DNA of 48,524 bases from assembly GCA_017543005.1 (NCBI GenBank), contig JAFWEA010000100.1, positions 1 through 48,524 of the forward strand, written 5' to 3'. This document shows, piece by piece, positions 17,671-27,235 of the stretch; the first letter of the stretch is position 1; each line of letters opens with the position of its first letter. The position numbers and the translations under genes were made by a program. The DNA is from Solobacterium sp. (GTDB lineage: Bacteria > Bacillota_I > Bacilli_A > Erysipelotrichales > Erysipelotrichaceae). The notes below the pieces were generated by a model. The model was not told where the DNA came from and did no database searches. It saw only the letters and a program-made list of their open reading frames with translations.

Positions 17671-19836
17671 ATGTATATCGTAAATCTGTGGATCGAGCAC
17701 CCGGTAAGGGGGCTGGATCAGACATTCAGTTATCTGTATGAAAAGGAACTTGCGTCCGGGGTCCGGGTGCAGGTTGATTTCAACGGGCGCAAGCTGATCG
17801 GCTTCGTGGAAAACAGCGTCCCGGCCGACCGGGACGAGGCTGCCCTCAGACAGCAGTACGGCTATGCCCTGAAACATATCGATGATGTTCTGGATGAGGA
17901 ACCGCTGCTGACCGAGGAACTGCATGATCTGGCCATGTGGATGGCGGATGCTACCCTGGCCCCGCGGATTGCCTGTTTCCAGGCGATGCTGCCGGGGAAA
18001 GTCAAGCCGCAGTCCGGCAAGGAGAGTGTGGTCAGGGAAAACTGGATCCGGATCAGTGACGCCGAAGTCAGCCTGACCCCGAAACAGCTGGAAGCGTATG
18101 TATACGTCCGGGATCATCAGCCGCTGCGCTACAGTGAGCTGCGCCGGCTCTATCCCAACCAGGCCCGGCAGCTGATCGAAAAGGGGGCTGCCGTGCTGGA
18201 AAGCCGGGAACGGGAAGCCGGTTCACTGGCGCTGGAAGAGACATCGGATTCCCTGAAACTGAATGAGGTTCAGGACGCAGCCATGAAGGAGATCGAAACC
18301 AGTGATGATCCGGTTTTCCTGCTGCATGGCGTGACCGGGTCGGGCAAGACGGAAATCTATCTGCAGATGGCCGAAAAGGCCCTGAAAGCCGGCCGGCAGG
18401 TGCTGATCCTGGTGCCGGAAATCGGGCTGACCCCGCAGATGATCGAACGGGTCCAGAGCCGCTTCGGCATGGATCTGGCCATCTATCATTCGGCTCTGAA
18501 TGCCCAGGAGAAATATGAACAGTACCGCAAGGTGAAGACCGGCCGGGCAGCGATTGTCGTCGGCACCCGCAGCGCGGTATTCCTGCCATTCCGGGATCTC
18601 GGGCTGATCGTGCTGGATGAAGAACATGATTCCTCCTATAAACAGGAGAACCAGCCGGCCTATCACTGCCGGGATGTGGCTATCTGGCGGGGCCGCTACC
18701 ATCACTGCAAGGTGATCCTGGGGAGCGCGACGCCATCGCTGGAAAGCTATGCCCGCGGCATCCGCAGTGTATACCATCTGGTGAAGCTGCCGGAACGGGT
18801 GAACCGGTCGATGCCGGAAATTGAAGTTGTGCCCCTGAAGGACGCATTGCAGAAAGGGGATTCCTATATCCTGACAAAGACGCTGAAAGAGCGTATGCAG
18901 ACCGCCCTGGCGGCGAAGAAACAGGTCATCCTGTTATTGAACCGGCGCGGCTACAGCACCCAGATGCGCTGCCGCAGCTGTCAGGAAGTCATTGTCTGTC
19001 CGCATTGTGATCTGGCGATGAGTTATCACCGTGATGAAAAGATCATGAAGTGCCATGCCTGCGGCACGGTCATGCGGCTGCCGAAATACTGTCCTTCCTG
19101 CGGCCAGCCGGCCGGGTATTCTTCCTACGGGTTCGGGACCCAGCGGCTGGAACAGGACGTGCAGGAGTGCTTCCCGCAGGCCCGGATCCTGCGCATGGAT
19201 GCCGATACCACCGCAGCCAAAAACAGCCACCAGAAGATCCTGGAGCGCTTTGGCCGCAAGGAAGCGGATATCCTGCTCGGGACCCAGATGATTGCCAAGG
19301 GCCTGGATTATCCGGATGTGACCCTGGTCGGCATCATCAACGGGGATGAAGGCCTGAGCCGGACGGATTACCGCAGCTGTGAGACGACGTTTGACCTGCT
19401 GATGCAGGCCAGCGGCCGCAGCGGCCGTTCGGAAGATGCCGGGCGGGTGGTGCTGCAGGTCTATGACCCGGATCACTATGCCGTACGCTGTGCCATCGAG
19501 CAGAATTACGAATCATTCTTCGTCAATGAGATGCGTTTCCGCCATGCCGGCCAGTATCCGCCGTATACCTACATGATTGCCCTGACGGTGATCGGCCGTT
19601 CGCAGAAAGAAGCGGATGAAACGGCCGGGATCCTGAAGGCCCATCTGCAGAATGAAGCATATAAAACGATCGGGGTGATTGCCCTCTTGAAAATACAGGA
19701 CCGGTTCCGCAGCCGGATCCTGCTGAAAGGAAAGGATCTCGATGTCATGCGCAGTGATGTCCGGCGGGCCCTGGCCGACCCGCAGGTCAGTCCGAAACAT
19801 GTGCGCATTGATGTCAATCCGATGACATTGGACTGA
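17671..19836 (+). CDS. priA: Primosomal protein N' (replication restart helicase)
   Basis: GVTGSGKTE, LVPEIGLTPQ, DEEHD, GSATPS, four CxxC pairs and GTQMIAKGLD. Confidence 0.96.
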   Translation: MYIVNLWIEHPVRGLDQTFSYLYEKELASGVRVQVDFNGRKLIGFVENSVPADRDEAALRQQYGYALKHIDDVLDEEPLLTEELHDLAMWMADATLAPRIACFQAMLPGKVKPQSGKESVVRENWIRISDAEVSLTPKQLEAYVYVRDHQPLRYSELRRLYPNQARQLIEKGAAVLESREREAGSLALEETSDSLKLNEVQDAAMKEIETSDDPVFLLHGVTGSGKTEIYLQMAEKALKAGRQVLILVPEIGLTPQMIERVQSRFGMDLAIYHSALNAQEKYEQYRKVKTGRAAIVVGTRSAVFLPFRDLGLIVLDEEHDSSYKQENQPAYHCRDVAIWRGRYHHCKVILGSATPSLESYARGIRSVYHLVKLPERVNRSMPEIEVVPLKDALQKGDSYILTKTLKERMQTALAAKKQVILLLNRRGYSTQMRCRSCQEVIVCPHCDLAMSYHRDEKIMKCHACGTVMRLPKYCPSCGQPAGYSSYGFGTQRLEQDVQECFPQARILRMDADTTAAKNSHQKILERFGRKEADILLGTQMIAKGLDYPDVTLVGIINGDEGLSRTDYRSCETTFDLLMQASGRSGRSEDAGRVVLQVYDPDHYAVRCAIEQNYESFFVNEMRFRHAGQYPPYTYMIALTVIGRSQKEADETAGILKAHLQNEAYKTIGVIALLKIQDRFRSRILLKGKDLDVMRSDVRRALADPQVSPKHVRIDVNPMTLD

Positions 19837-21065
19837 TGAACAATCCCAGAAAAATTGCCCTGGATGCCCTGTACCGGGTCATCCATCAGAATGGATATGC
19901 CAACCTGATCCTGCGCCGCTCGAATGATCTTTCAGCGGCTGATCAGGCGCTGGTTTCGGCACTGGTCTACGGCACGCTGCGCAATTATCACTGGCTGGAA
20001 TACCAGTGGCGCGGCTATGCGGAACGGAAGGTCAGGCCCCAGACCGCGGTCTTATTGGACATGAGCGTGTTCCAGCTTCTGTATCTGGAAAAGATCCCGA
20101 CCTATGCCGTGCTCAGTGAAGCGGTGGAACTGGCGGCCGAGCGGGACCGGAAGTTTGTCAATGCCATCCTCAGAAAGGTTGTCCAGAACGGTGCCCGGCC
20201 GGCGCCGGAAGGGGATGAATTGAAAAAAGCAGCGCTGGAGACCAGCCATCCGGAATGGCTGCTGCGGCTCTGGCAGGCCCACTACGGGGAAGCGGCGGCG
20301 CTGGCCATTGCGGCGCACGATCAGACTTCCGCCGGTGTATACGGGCGTATCAACCGTCTGAAGATCAATCCGCAAAAGTTGCAGGAACATCCTGCCGTGA
20401 CCATGCTGGAAAATGACTGTTTCCGCTATGCCGGGGTATTGAGCCGGACGGAGTGGTTCAAAGCCGGCCAGGTCATTATCCAGGACCGGGCCGCCCAGCT
20501 GATCCCGCATTATCTCGATGTAAAGCCGGGCATGAAGGTGCTCGATCTCTGCGCGGCACCGGGAACGAAAACCCAGCAGATCGCAGTGCTGATGGAGAAC
20601 CGGGGTGAACTGATCGCCAATGATGTCAATCCGGGCCGGGTGAAGCTGATCGAACAGCTGATGGAAAAAACCGGCGTCACCATCTGCCAGACCGCCGTGC
20701 AGGACGCTTCCGTCCCGGTGGAAGCATGGCAGGATGGCTTTGACCGGGTGCTGGCCGATGCGCCGTGTTCGGGGCTGGGGGATCTGCGCCACAAGCCGGA
20801 AATCCGCCTGCATGTCACGCCGGAGAGCATTGATGAACTGGTCCGTCTGCAGCAGCAGATTCTCGACTGCAGCGCGGCTTATGTGCGTGCTGGCGGTATC
20901 CTGGTCTACAGCACCTGTACTCTGAACCGCAAGGAAAACGAAGGCCAGGTGCAGTCTTTCCTGAAGCGGCATCCTGAATTTGTCCTGAATAAAGAGAAAA
21001 CCTGCCTGCCGCAGGAGCTGGACAGTGACGGGTTCTACATGGCGCAATTGACAAGAATTTCATAG
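19836..21065 (+). CDS. rsmB: 16S rRNA m5C967 methyltransferase RsmB/Sun
   Basis: NusB-like N-terminus; DLCAAPGTKT, DAPCSGLG and YSTCT. Confidence 0.94.
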   Translation: MNNPRKIALDALYRVIHQNGYANLILRRSNDLSAADQALVSALVYGTLRNYHWLEYQWRGYAERKVRPQTAVLLDMSVFQLLYLEKIPTYAVLSEAVELAAERDRKFVNAILRKVVQNGARPAPEGDELKKAALETSHPEWLLRLWQAHYGEAAALAIAAHDQTSAGVYGRINRLKINPQKLQEHPAVTMLENDCFRYAGVLSRTEWFKAGQVIIQDRAAQLIPHYLDVKPGMKVLDLCAAPGTKTQQIAVLMENRGELIANDVNPGRVKLIEQLMEKTGVTICQTAVQDASVPVEAWQDGFDRVLADAPCSGLGDLRHKPEIRLHVTPESIDELVRLQQQILDCSAAYVRAGGILVYSTCTLNRKENEGQVQSFLKRHPEFVLNKEKTCLPQELDSDGFYMAQLTRIS

Positions 21066-21089
21066 CCGGAGTGTGATAGAATATAGACC

Positions 21090-22133
21090 ATGCGGACAAT
21101 ATATGATCTTACCCTGAAACAAATGGAGGAAATGCTGGCGGAGAAAGGCCAGAAGTCCTACCGGGCAAAGCAGCTGTATGCCTGGCTGTACCGGAAACAG
21201 GTCTCTTCTTTTGATGAGATGACCGATCTGCCGGCAGTCCTGATCAGCGAACTGAAAAACGAATACTGCCTCATGCCGGTTACCCTGGTGGAAAAACAGG
21301 TCGCCAGGGACCTGACCGCAAAATATCTGTTTGAACTGCAGGACGGAAGCACCATTGAATCCGTACTGATGCATTTTAATTTCGGCGAAAGTGTCTGTGT
21401 GACGACCCAGGTCGGCTGCAGCATGGGCTGCACGTTCTGCGCATCCGGCCTGCTGAAGAAACAGCGGGACCTGACGGCCGGGGAAATTGTCGGCCAGATC
21501 ATGTATATCCAGAAGGAACTGGCGGCCGAAGGCAAGCGGGTGGACAACGTCGTGGTCATGGGCACGGGTGAACCGTTTGACAACTATGACAACGTCATGG
21601 ACTTCTGCAAGGTGATCAACAGTGATCTCGGCCTGAGCATCGGCGCCCGGCATATTACGATTTCAACCTGCGGCATCATCCCGAAGATCCGGGCGTTCGC
21701 GGCGGAACATCTCCAGTACAACCTGGCGATTTCCCTGCATGCCCCGACGGATGAACTGCGGACCAGGCTCATGCCGGTCAATAAGGCATATCCGCTGGCG
21801 GATCTGATGGCCGCGCTGCGTCAGTACAGCGAGGATAACCACCGCCGGCTGACGTTTGAATATATTCTGCTGAAAGGGGTCAATGATTCCGATGAACAGG
21901 CGAAGATGCTGGCGGACCTGGTCCGGGGCATGAATGCCTATGTGAATCTGATTCCCTACAATGAAGTCGATGAAAACGGCTATCATTCCGTCGATGACAA
22001 GGCGGCGCTGCACTTCTATGACGTGCTGATGAAAAACGGCGTCAAGGCAACGCTGCGGACGCGTCACGGCGAAGATATCGATGCGGCCTGCGGACAGCTG
22101 CGGGCAAAGCACGAAAGGAATAAAAAGAATTAA
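21090..22133 (+). CDS. rlmN: Dual-specificity rRNA/tRNA m2A methyltransferase RlmN
   Basis: TQVGCSMGCTFC radical-SAM motif, MGTGEP, ISLHAP, NLIPYN and IDAACGQL. Confidence 0.96.
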   Translation: MRTIYDLTLKQMEEMLAEKGQKSYRAKQLYAWLYRKQVSSFDEMTDLPAVLISELKNEYCLMPVTLVEKQVARDLTAKYLFELQDGSTIESVLMHFNFGESVCVTTQVGCSMGCTFCASGLLKKQRDLTAGEIVGQIMYIQKELAAEGKRVDNVVVMGTGEPFDNYDNVMDFCKVINSDLGLSIGARHITISTCGIIPKIRAFAAEHLQYNLAISLHAPTDELRTRLMPVNKAYPLADLMAALRQYSEDNHRRLTFEYILLKGVNDSDEQAKMLADLVRGMNAYVNLIPYNEVDENGYHSVDDKAALHFYDVLMKNGVKATLRTRHGEDIDAACGQLRAKHERNKKN

Positions 22134-22882
22134 TGAAATACTGCGGCACGACCGACCGCGGGAAACTGCGCAAAAGCAATCAGGACAACTACGTCATCGC
22201 GACCAACCGGAACGGTGATGTTTTTGCCATTGTCTGTGACGGCATCGGCGGCGGCCGCGGCGGGGATATTGCCAGCCGCATGACCGTGAATTACTTCTCC
22301 GAACTGTTCGCGGATCACGGCGGTTTCGAGTCGGCCAGTGATGCCAAATACTGGCTGCGGATCAACATTGCGGAAATCAACCGGCGGATCTTCCAGCGCG
22401 GCAAGGACCAGGAGGAACTGCGCGGCATGGGCACAACCATGTGCGGCGTACTGAAATCCTCGGTGGGCACCTTCGTGGTCAATATCGGGGACAGCCGGGC
22501 CTATTCCTGGCGGCAGGACAGCGGCCTGAAGCAGCTGACCATTGATCATACGCTGGTACAGGATATGATCATGCACGGGGAAATCACCCGCAAGGAAGCG
22601 GAGAACTATCCCCGCAAGAATGTTCTGACCAATGCCCTGGGGGTTTGGGAGAGCGTGCGCAGCGACATTGACACGCACCCGGAAGCAGTGCAGGGGTATC
22701 TGATCTGCAGCGACGGGCTGCACGGTTATGTCAACGAAAAGAACATTGCCAAAATCGTCATGACCAAAGGCCGGGATCCGGCCCTGAAGGTCCGCAGACT
22801 GGTCAAGGCGGCACTCGATGCCGGTGGCTTCGACAATATTACGGTGATTCTGATTGATCTGGAAGGGGAGGATGCAGCATGA
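22133..22882 (+). CDS. stp1: PP2C Ser/Thr phosphatase Stp1/PrpC
   Basis: RKSNQD, VCDGIGG, GMGTT, NIGDSRAY, CSDGL and GGFDNIT. Confidence 0.94.
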   Translation: MKYCGTTDRGKLRKSNQDNYVIATNRNGDVFAIVCDGIGGGRGGDIASRMTVNYFSELFADHGGFESASDAKYWLRINIAEINRRIFQRGKDQEELRGMGTTMCGVLKSSVGTFVVNIGDSRAYSWRQDSGLKQLTIDHTLVQDMIMHGEITRKEAENYPRKNVLTNALGVWESVRSDIDTHPEAVQGYLICSDGLHGYVNEKNIAKIVMTKGRDPALKVRRLVKAALDAGGFDNITVILIDLEGEDAA

Positions 22883-24672
22883 GCAACAATATGATTGCAA
22901 ATCGGTATGAAGTCTTCCAGCATATCGGCCAGGGCGGCATGGCAGATGTTTTCCTGGCGGTTGACACCATCCTCAACCGGCATGTAGCCATCAAGATCCT
23001 CCGCAGCGAACTGTGCACCGATGCGGTGTCCGTGCTGCGCTTTGAGCGGGAAGCCCAGGCGGCGACGGCGCTGTCGCATCCCAATATCGTGGAAATCTAT
23101 GATGTCGGCGAATACAAGGGACATCATTACATCGTCATGGAATACGTGCCCGGCAAGACATTGAAACAGGTCATCCGGGACCGCGGGGCGCTGCTGAAGG
23201 AAGAGGCTGTCGACATTGCCAAGCAGCTGGTTTCAGCGACGGCAGAAGCCCACCGGCGGGGTATCATCCACCGGGATATCAAGCCCCAGAATGTCATCGT
23301 CAAATCCGACGGTTCAATCAAGATCCTGGACTTCGGCATTGCCCTGGCCAAGGGCAGCATGCAGCTGACGCAGGCCAACAATGTCATGGGCTCGGTGCAC
23401 TATCTGGCGCCGGAGCTGGCCCGGGGCGAACCGGCTACGGTGCAGAGCGATATCTACGCGCTGGGCATCGTGCTGTATGAAATGCTGACCGGGGATGTGC
23501 CGTTCAAGGCGGAAAATGCCGTCCAGGTTGCCCTGATGCAGATGCGCAACGAGCTGCCGGACTGCCAGAAGATCAATCCGACCATTCCGATGTCGGTAGC
23601 CAATATCATCACCAAGGCAACGGCCAAGGACAAGAGCCAGCGGTATCAGAACTGTCAGGAGATGCTGAATGAACTGCGGGTCTGCCTGCTGCCGGAGAAC
23701 CTCAACCAGCCCAAACTGGTGCTGAAGCCGGCCCCGAAGGAACGCCGTCCGGCGGCCCCGGAACAGACCCATGCCATGCCGGTGGTCAATGACAACCGCA
23801 TCATCGCCAACACCGGTCATCAGAAGAAACAGCGGGATGCGACGGCCCCGCAGAAGGTGGTCCGTCCGGCTGTCCAGAAGAAGCCGAAGAAGCGTCTGCT
23901 GAACCGGATCGCCCTGGCGGTGCTGATCATGCTGCTCAGCCTGCTGGCCATCAGCGGCATCTACTTTGCCCTGAGCCTGAGCGGGATTCTTTCCCCGCGG
24001 GTTGAAGCCATCGTGGTACCGGATATTGTCGGCATGACCCTGACGGAAGCCAAGGAAGTCTGCACGAACAGCAACCTTGTCCTGGATACTTCCAACGTTA
24101 CATATACCCTGACCGAAAGCACCGAGAAGGGCCGCATCATTGCGGTGGAACCGGCGATCGGCACGGAAATCGAAACCGGCTCCCGCATCACGGTCACCGT
24201 CTCCAGCGGCGTTTATGCCCTGGCGGATGATTTTGTCGGCATGAATATCGGTGCGGTCCGGGAGATGATTTCAAATCCGAGCGCCGAAAACCGGGACAGA
24301 TACCGGAATATCGTGCTGACTGTGGCCGAGCAGGACAGCGACACTGCCCAGCCGGGTGAAATCATCGCCCAGGAACTGCTGGAGCCCGGCATGCCGTACA
24401 ACCCCGAAACCAAGACGGAAATGCGGCTGGTCTATGCCAGCTATCCGGTCATTGTGATCCCCGGCAATATCGAGGGGATGGCCGTGGATGAAGCGGCGGC
24501 CCTGCTGGAAGGCATGGGTGTGCGGGTGCTGACCAGCAACCTGGACTACAGCTCCCTGCCGCAGGAACAGATCGATCAGCTGCAGTTCGGCATCGTCATC
24601 AAGTCCGATCCCGAAATGGGCAGCGAATATACCCAGCGGGAAGACAACTACATCACATTATTCTTTTATTGA
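22879..24672 (+). CDS. pknB: PASTA-domain Ser/Thr kinase PknB/PrkC
   Basis: GQGGMADV, HRDIKPQN, DFGIA and GSVHYLAPE; TM helix; PASTA repeats (VPDIVGMT...). Confidence 0.95.
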   Translation: MSNNMIANRYEVFQHIGQGGMADVFLAVDTILNRHVAIKILRSELCTDAVSVLRFEREAQAATALSHPNIVEIYDVGEYKGHHYIVMEYVPGKTLKQVIRDRGALLKEEAVDIAKQLVSATAEAHRRGIIHRDIKPQNVIVKSDGSIKILDFGIALAKGSMQLTQANNVMGSVHYLAPELARGEPATVQSDIYALGIVLYEMLTGDVPFKAENAVQVALMQMRNELPDCQKINPTIPMSVANIITKATAKDKSQRYQNCQEMLNELRVCLLPENLNQPKLVLKPAPKERRPAAPEQTHAMPVVNDNRIIANTGHQKKQRDATAPQKVVRPAVQKKPKKRLLNRIALAVLIMLLSLLAISGIYFALSLSGILSPRVEAIVVPDIVGMTLTEAKEVCTNSNLVLDTSNVTYTLTESTEKGRIIAVEPAIGTEIETGSRITVTVSSGVYALADDFVGMNIGAVREMISNPSAENRDRYRNIVLTVAEQDSDTAQPGEIIAQELLEPGMPYNPETKTEMRLVYASYPVIVIPGNIEGMAVDEAAALLEGMGVRVLTSNLDYSSLPQEQIDQLQFGIVIKSDPEMGSEYTQREDNYITLFFY

Positions 24673-24684
24673 TAACAGCAGGAA

Positions 24685-25548
24685 ATGAAGGCCAGAATCG
24701 TTAAAATCATATCCAAGAACTATCAGGTACTGACTGATGCCGGTGAGCGGCTCGATGCCCTGGTGATGGGAAAAGTCCGCCTGCAGACCGTGCCGCTGGC
24801 CGGGGATGAGGTGGAAATCGAGCAGATTGACGGCCGCTGGGCCATTCAGAAAGTACTGCCCCGGCGCAACCGGCTGATCCGGCCGGCTGTGGCCAATGTG
24901 GATCAGGCCATCATCGTCATGAGTGTCAGGGATCCGGATTTTTCCACGGCCCTGGTGGACCGGCTCAGTTTCCTGATTGTGCATGCCGGCGTGCAGCCGC
25001 TGCTGTGTGTGACCAAGACGGACCTGGGCATCCCGGATGACGTGGAAAAGGCCATCCGTGAATATGAACAGGGACCGATGCAGGTCATCCGGACCCGCAA
25101 GGACGTGCTCGAGCCGCAGCTCGCCGATATCCTGAAAGATAAGATTTCGGTGCTGACGGGACAGTCCGGGGCCGGCAAGTCGACACTGCTGAACGGTCTG
25201 AACCCGGATTTCCATCTGGCCACCCAGGAGATCTCCAAGGCCCTGGGCCGCGGCCGCCACACCACAAGGCATAACGAACTGCACGAGGTGGCAGGGGGCC
25301 TGGTGGCGGATACGCCGGGCTTCAGTTCCCTGGAATTCAATCACATGTCACTGGATGACCTGGCCTGGAGCGTTCTCGAATTTCAGCCGTATCTCGGCCA
25401 CTGCCGGTTCAATGACTGCATGCATATGGATGAACCCGGCTGCGCGGTCAAGCAGGCTGTGGAAGCGGGCATCATCCCGCAGATCAGATATGACAACTAT
25501 CTCAGCATCGCAAAGCTGATTAAACAGCGGAAGGAGCGGTATATATGA
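24685..25548 (+). CDS. rsgA: Ribosome small subunit-dependent GTPase A
   Basis: TKTDL, GQSGAGKS, GRHTTR, DTPGF and CRFNDCMH..EPGCAV. Confidence 0.96.
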   Translation: MKARIVKIISKNYQVLTDAGERLDALVMGKVRLQTVPLAGDEVEIEQIDGRWAIQKVLPRRNRLIRPAVANVDQAIIVMSVRDPDFSTALVDRLSFLIVHAGVQPLLCVTKTDLGIPDDVEKAIREYEQGPMQVIRTRKDVLEPQLADILKDKISVLTGQSGAGKSTLLNGLNPDFHLATQEISKALGRGRHTTRHNELHEVAGGLVADTPGFSSLEFNHMSLDDLAWSVLEFQPYLGHCRFNDCMHMDEPGCAVKQAVEAGIIPQIRYDNYLSIAKLIKQRKERYI

Positions 25549-26192
25549 TCGTGGCACCTTCGGTTCTGTCCCTGGATTATGCCAGGATGAAGGAACAGGT
25601 GGAAGAACTGAATGACTCGGGGGCGGAATGGATCCATTTTGATGTAATGGACGGCCATTTCGTACCGAATCTGACGTTCGGTCCGGATATTCTCAAAGGG
25701 TTCAAAAAGATAAGCCCGCTGACCATGGATGTGCATCTGATGGTGACCGATCCGGCTTTCTTTGCCGGGGTCTTTCTCGATGCCGGGGCCGATATCATTA
25801 CCTTCCATGTCGAAGCGCTGAATAATGAAGATGATATCCATGGCCTGGCAAAGATGATCCATGAACGCGGGGCCAGAGCCGGTCTTTCCCTGAAACCGGG
25901 TACGGACCTGAGCGTCCTGAAGCCGTTCCTGAAGGACTTTGACCTGTTTTTGATCATGTCCGTGGAACCGGGCTTCGGCGGGCAGGCGTTCATGCCTGAA
26001 GCGGGCGAGCGCATCATGATCCTGCGCAGCTGGCTGGACCTGACCGGCAGCAAGGCCCTGATCGAAGTGGACGGCGGCATCAACGAGGAAACCGGCAGAC
26101 TGTGCCGGCAGGCCGGGGCCGATGTGCTGGTGGCCGGTTCGTATGTATTCAAACATGATATCCGGAAAGCGGTGAGTTCCCTTGCCGGATAA
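25545..26192 (+). CDS. rpe: Ribulose-phosphate 3-epimerase
   Basis: HFDVMDGHFVPNLTFG, MSVEPGFGGQ, EVDGG and LVAGS. Confidence 0.96.
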   Translation: MIVAPSVLSLDYARMKEQVEELNDSGAEWIHFDVMDGHFVPNLTFGPDILKGFKKISPLTMDVHLMVTDPAFFAGVFLDAGADIITFHVEALNNEDDIHGLAKMIHERGARAGLSLKPGTDLSVLKPFLKDFDLFLIMSVEPGFGGQAFMPEAGERIMILRSWLDLTGSKALIEVDGGINEETGRLCRQAGADVLVAGSYVFKHDIRKAVSSLAG

Positions 26193-26802
26193 CTGCATGA
26201 TCATTCTGACCCTGGCGGACCGGGTCCCGGTCTTTGCCGGTGATTATATCGGGGCCGACCGCGGCGCCCTGGTGCTGGCGAGAAGCGGTGTGCGCATGAA
26301 GCTGGCCCTGGGTGACTTCGATTCGGTGACGGAAGAAGAGTTCGCCCTGATCGAACAGTGGAGCGATGAGGTCATCCGCCTGCATCCCATCAAGGATGAC
26401 AGCGACAGCGAAGCGGCCGTCAATGAGGCAATGCGGCGCGGCTACCGGCAGATTGTGCTCTGGAATCCTTTCGGGGGCCGGGCGGATCATGCCGTGGTGA
26501 ACCTCCGGCTGGCCGAAAAAAATCCGGGCACCGTCATCCTGCGGGATGAGCAGAATGAAGTTCAGGCACTCGGACCGGGTGTATATGAATTTGCGCCGGA
26601 ATATGCGTATTTCTCGCTGTTTGCGTTAGCTGAAAGTGAAATATCCCTGGCCGGCATGAAGTATCCCCTGGAACACCGGAAGATCACGCCGGCGGATCTC
26701 TACGGCCTCTCCAATGAGATCAGCGGGGCAAAGGGGACTTTGACCATTCACAGCGGATGCATGCTGGTGATCCGCTCCGAAGACAAAAAAAAGATTTCTT
26801 AG
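26182..26802 (+). CDS. thiN: Thiamine pyrophosphokinase
   Basis: GADRGA, GDFDSV, KDDSDSE, GGRADH and GLSNE; follows rpe. Start could be TTG 26182 or ATG 26197. Confidence 0.9.
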   Translation: MPDNCMIILTLADRVPVFAGDYIGADRGALVLARSGVRMKLALGDFDSVTEEEFALIEQWSDEVIRLHPIKDDSDSEAAVNEAMRRGYRQIVLWNPFGGRADHAVVNLRLAEKNPGTVILRDEQNEVQALGPGVYEFAPEYAYFSLFALAESEISLAGMKYPLEHRKITPADLYGLSNEISGAKGTLTIHSGCMLVIRSEDKKKIS

Positions 26803-26817
26803 CGAAATCCTTTTTTT
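26785..26817. terminator. Bidirectional terminator overlapping the thiN and rpmB ends
   Basis: A8-GATTTC-TTAGC-GAAATC-C-T7. Confidence 0.55.
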
Positions 26818-27046
26818 AAGCGTTGTCTGCCTCTGCCTGAGGGGCTGCTGCAGCTTTTGTTCTGGCACCGGCCTTCAGGGTTTTCAGGGCGCGGGCGGAA
26901 ATGCGTACTGTCTGCGGCTTACCGTCAACAATCATATGAACTTTCTGCAGGTTGACATTCCACTTGCGGCGGGTAGCACGCAGGGAATGAGAACGCCTGT
27001 TTCCCGACATAGCTTTTTTACCGGATACGGCACAAACTCTGGACAT
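26816..27046 (-). CDS. rpmB: 50S ribosomal protein L28
   Basis: [34 protein letters not shown]; start at 27046 gives proper spacing from AGGAGGT. Confidence 0.96.
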   Translation of the reverse strand: MSRVCAVSGKKAMSGNRRSHSLRATRRKWNVNLQKVHMIVDGKPQTVRISARALKTLKAGARTKAAAAPQAEADNA

Positions 27047-27235
27047 GACCATAACCTCCTTACTTTAATCGCTTAATTAGAGTATCACGGTTCATAGGGA
27101 AATGCAACAGATTATTTATATACGGGAACAGGAAAAAAAATCACCGGAAACGGGCGGCGGAACGCTATGAAATGATGTTAATTTTGCCTGTCCCGTGATA
27201 AAATACTTTCGTATATCGCTTAAAGGAGTTTTACT

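Noticed and set aside
21048-21053. Perfect TTGACA as the -35 for the rlmN promoter
   Set aside because: Spacing to TAGAAT is 23 bp, too long; only the extended -10 is retained as evidence.
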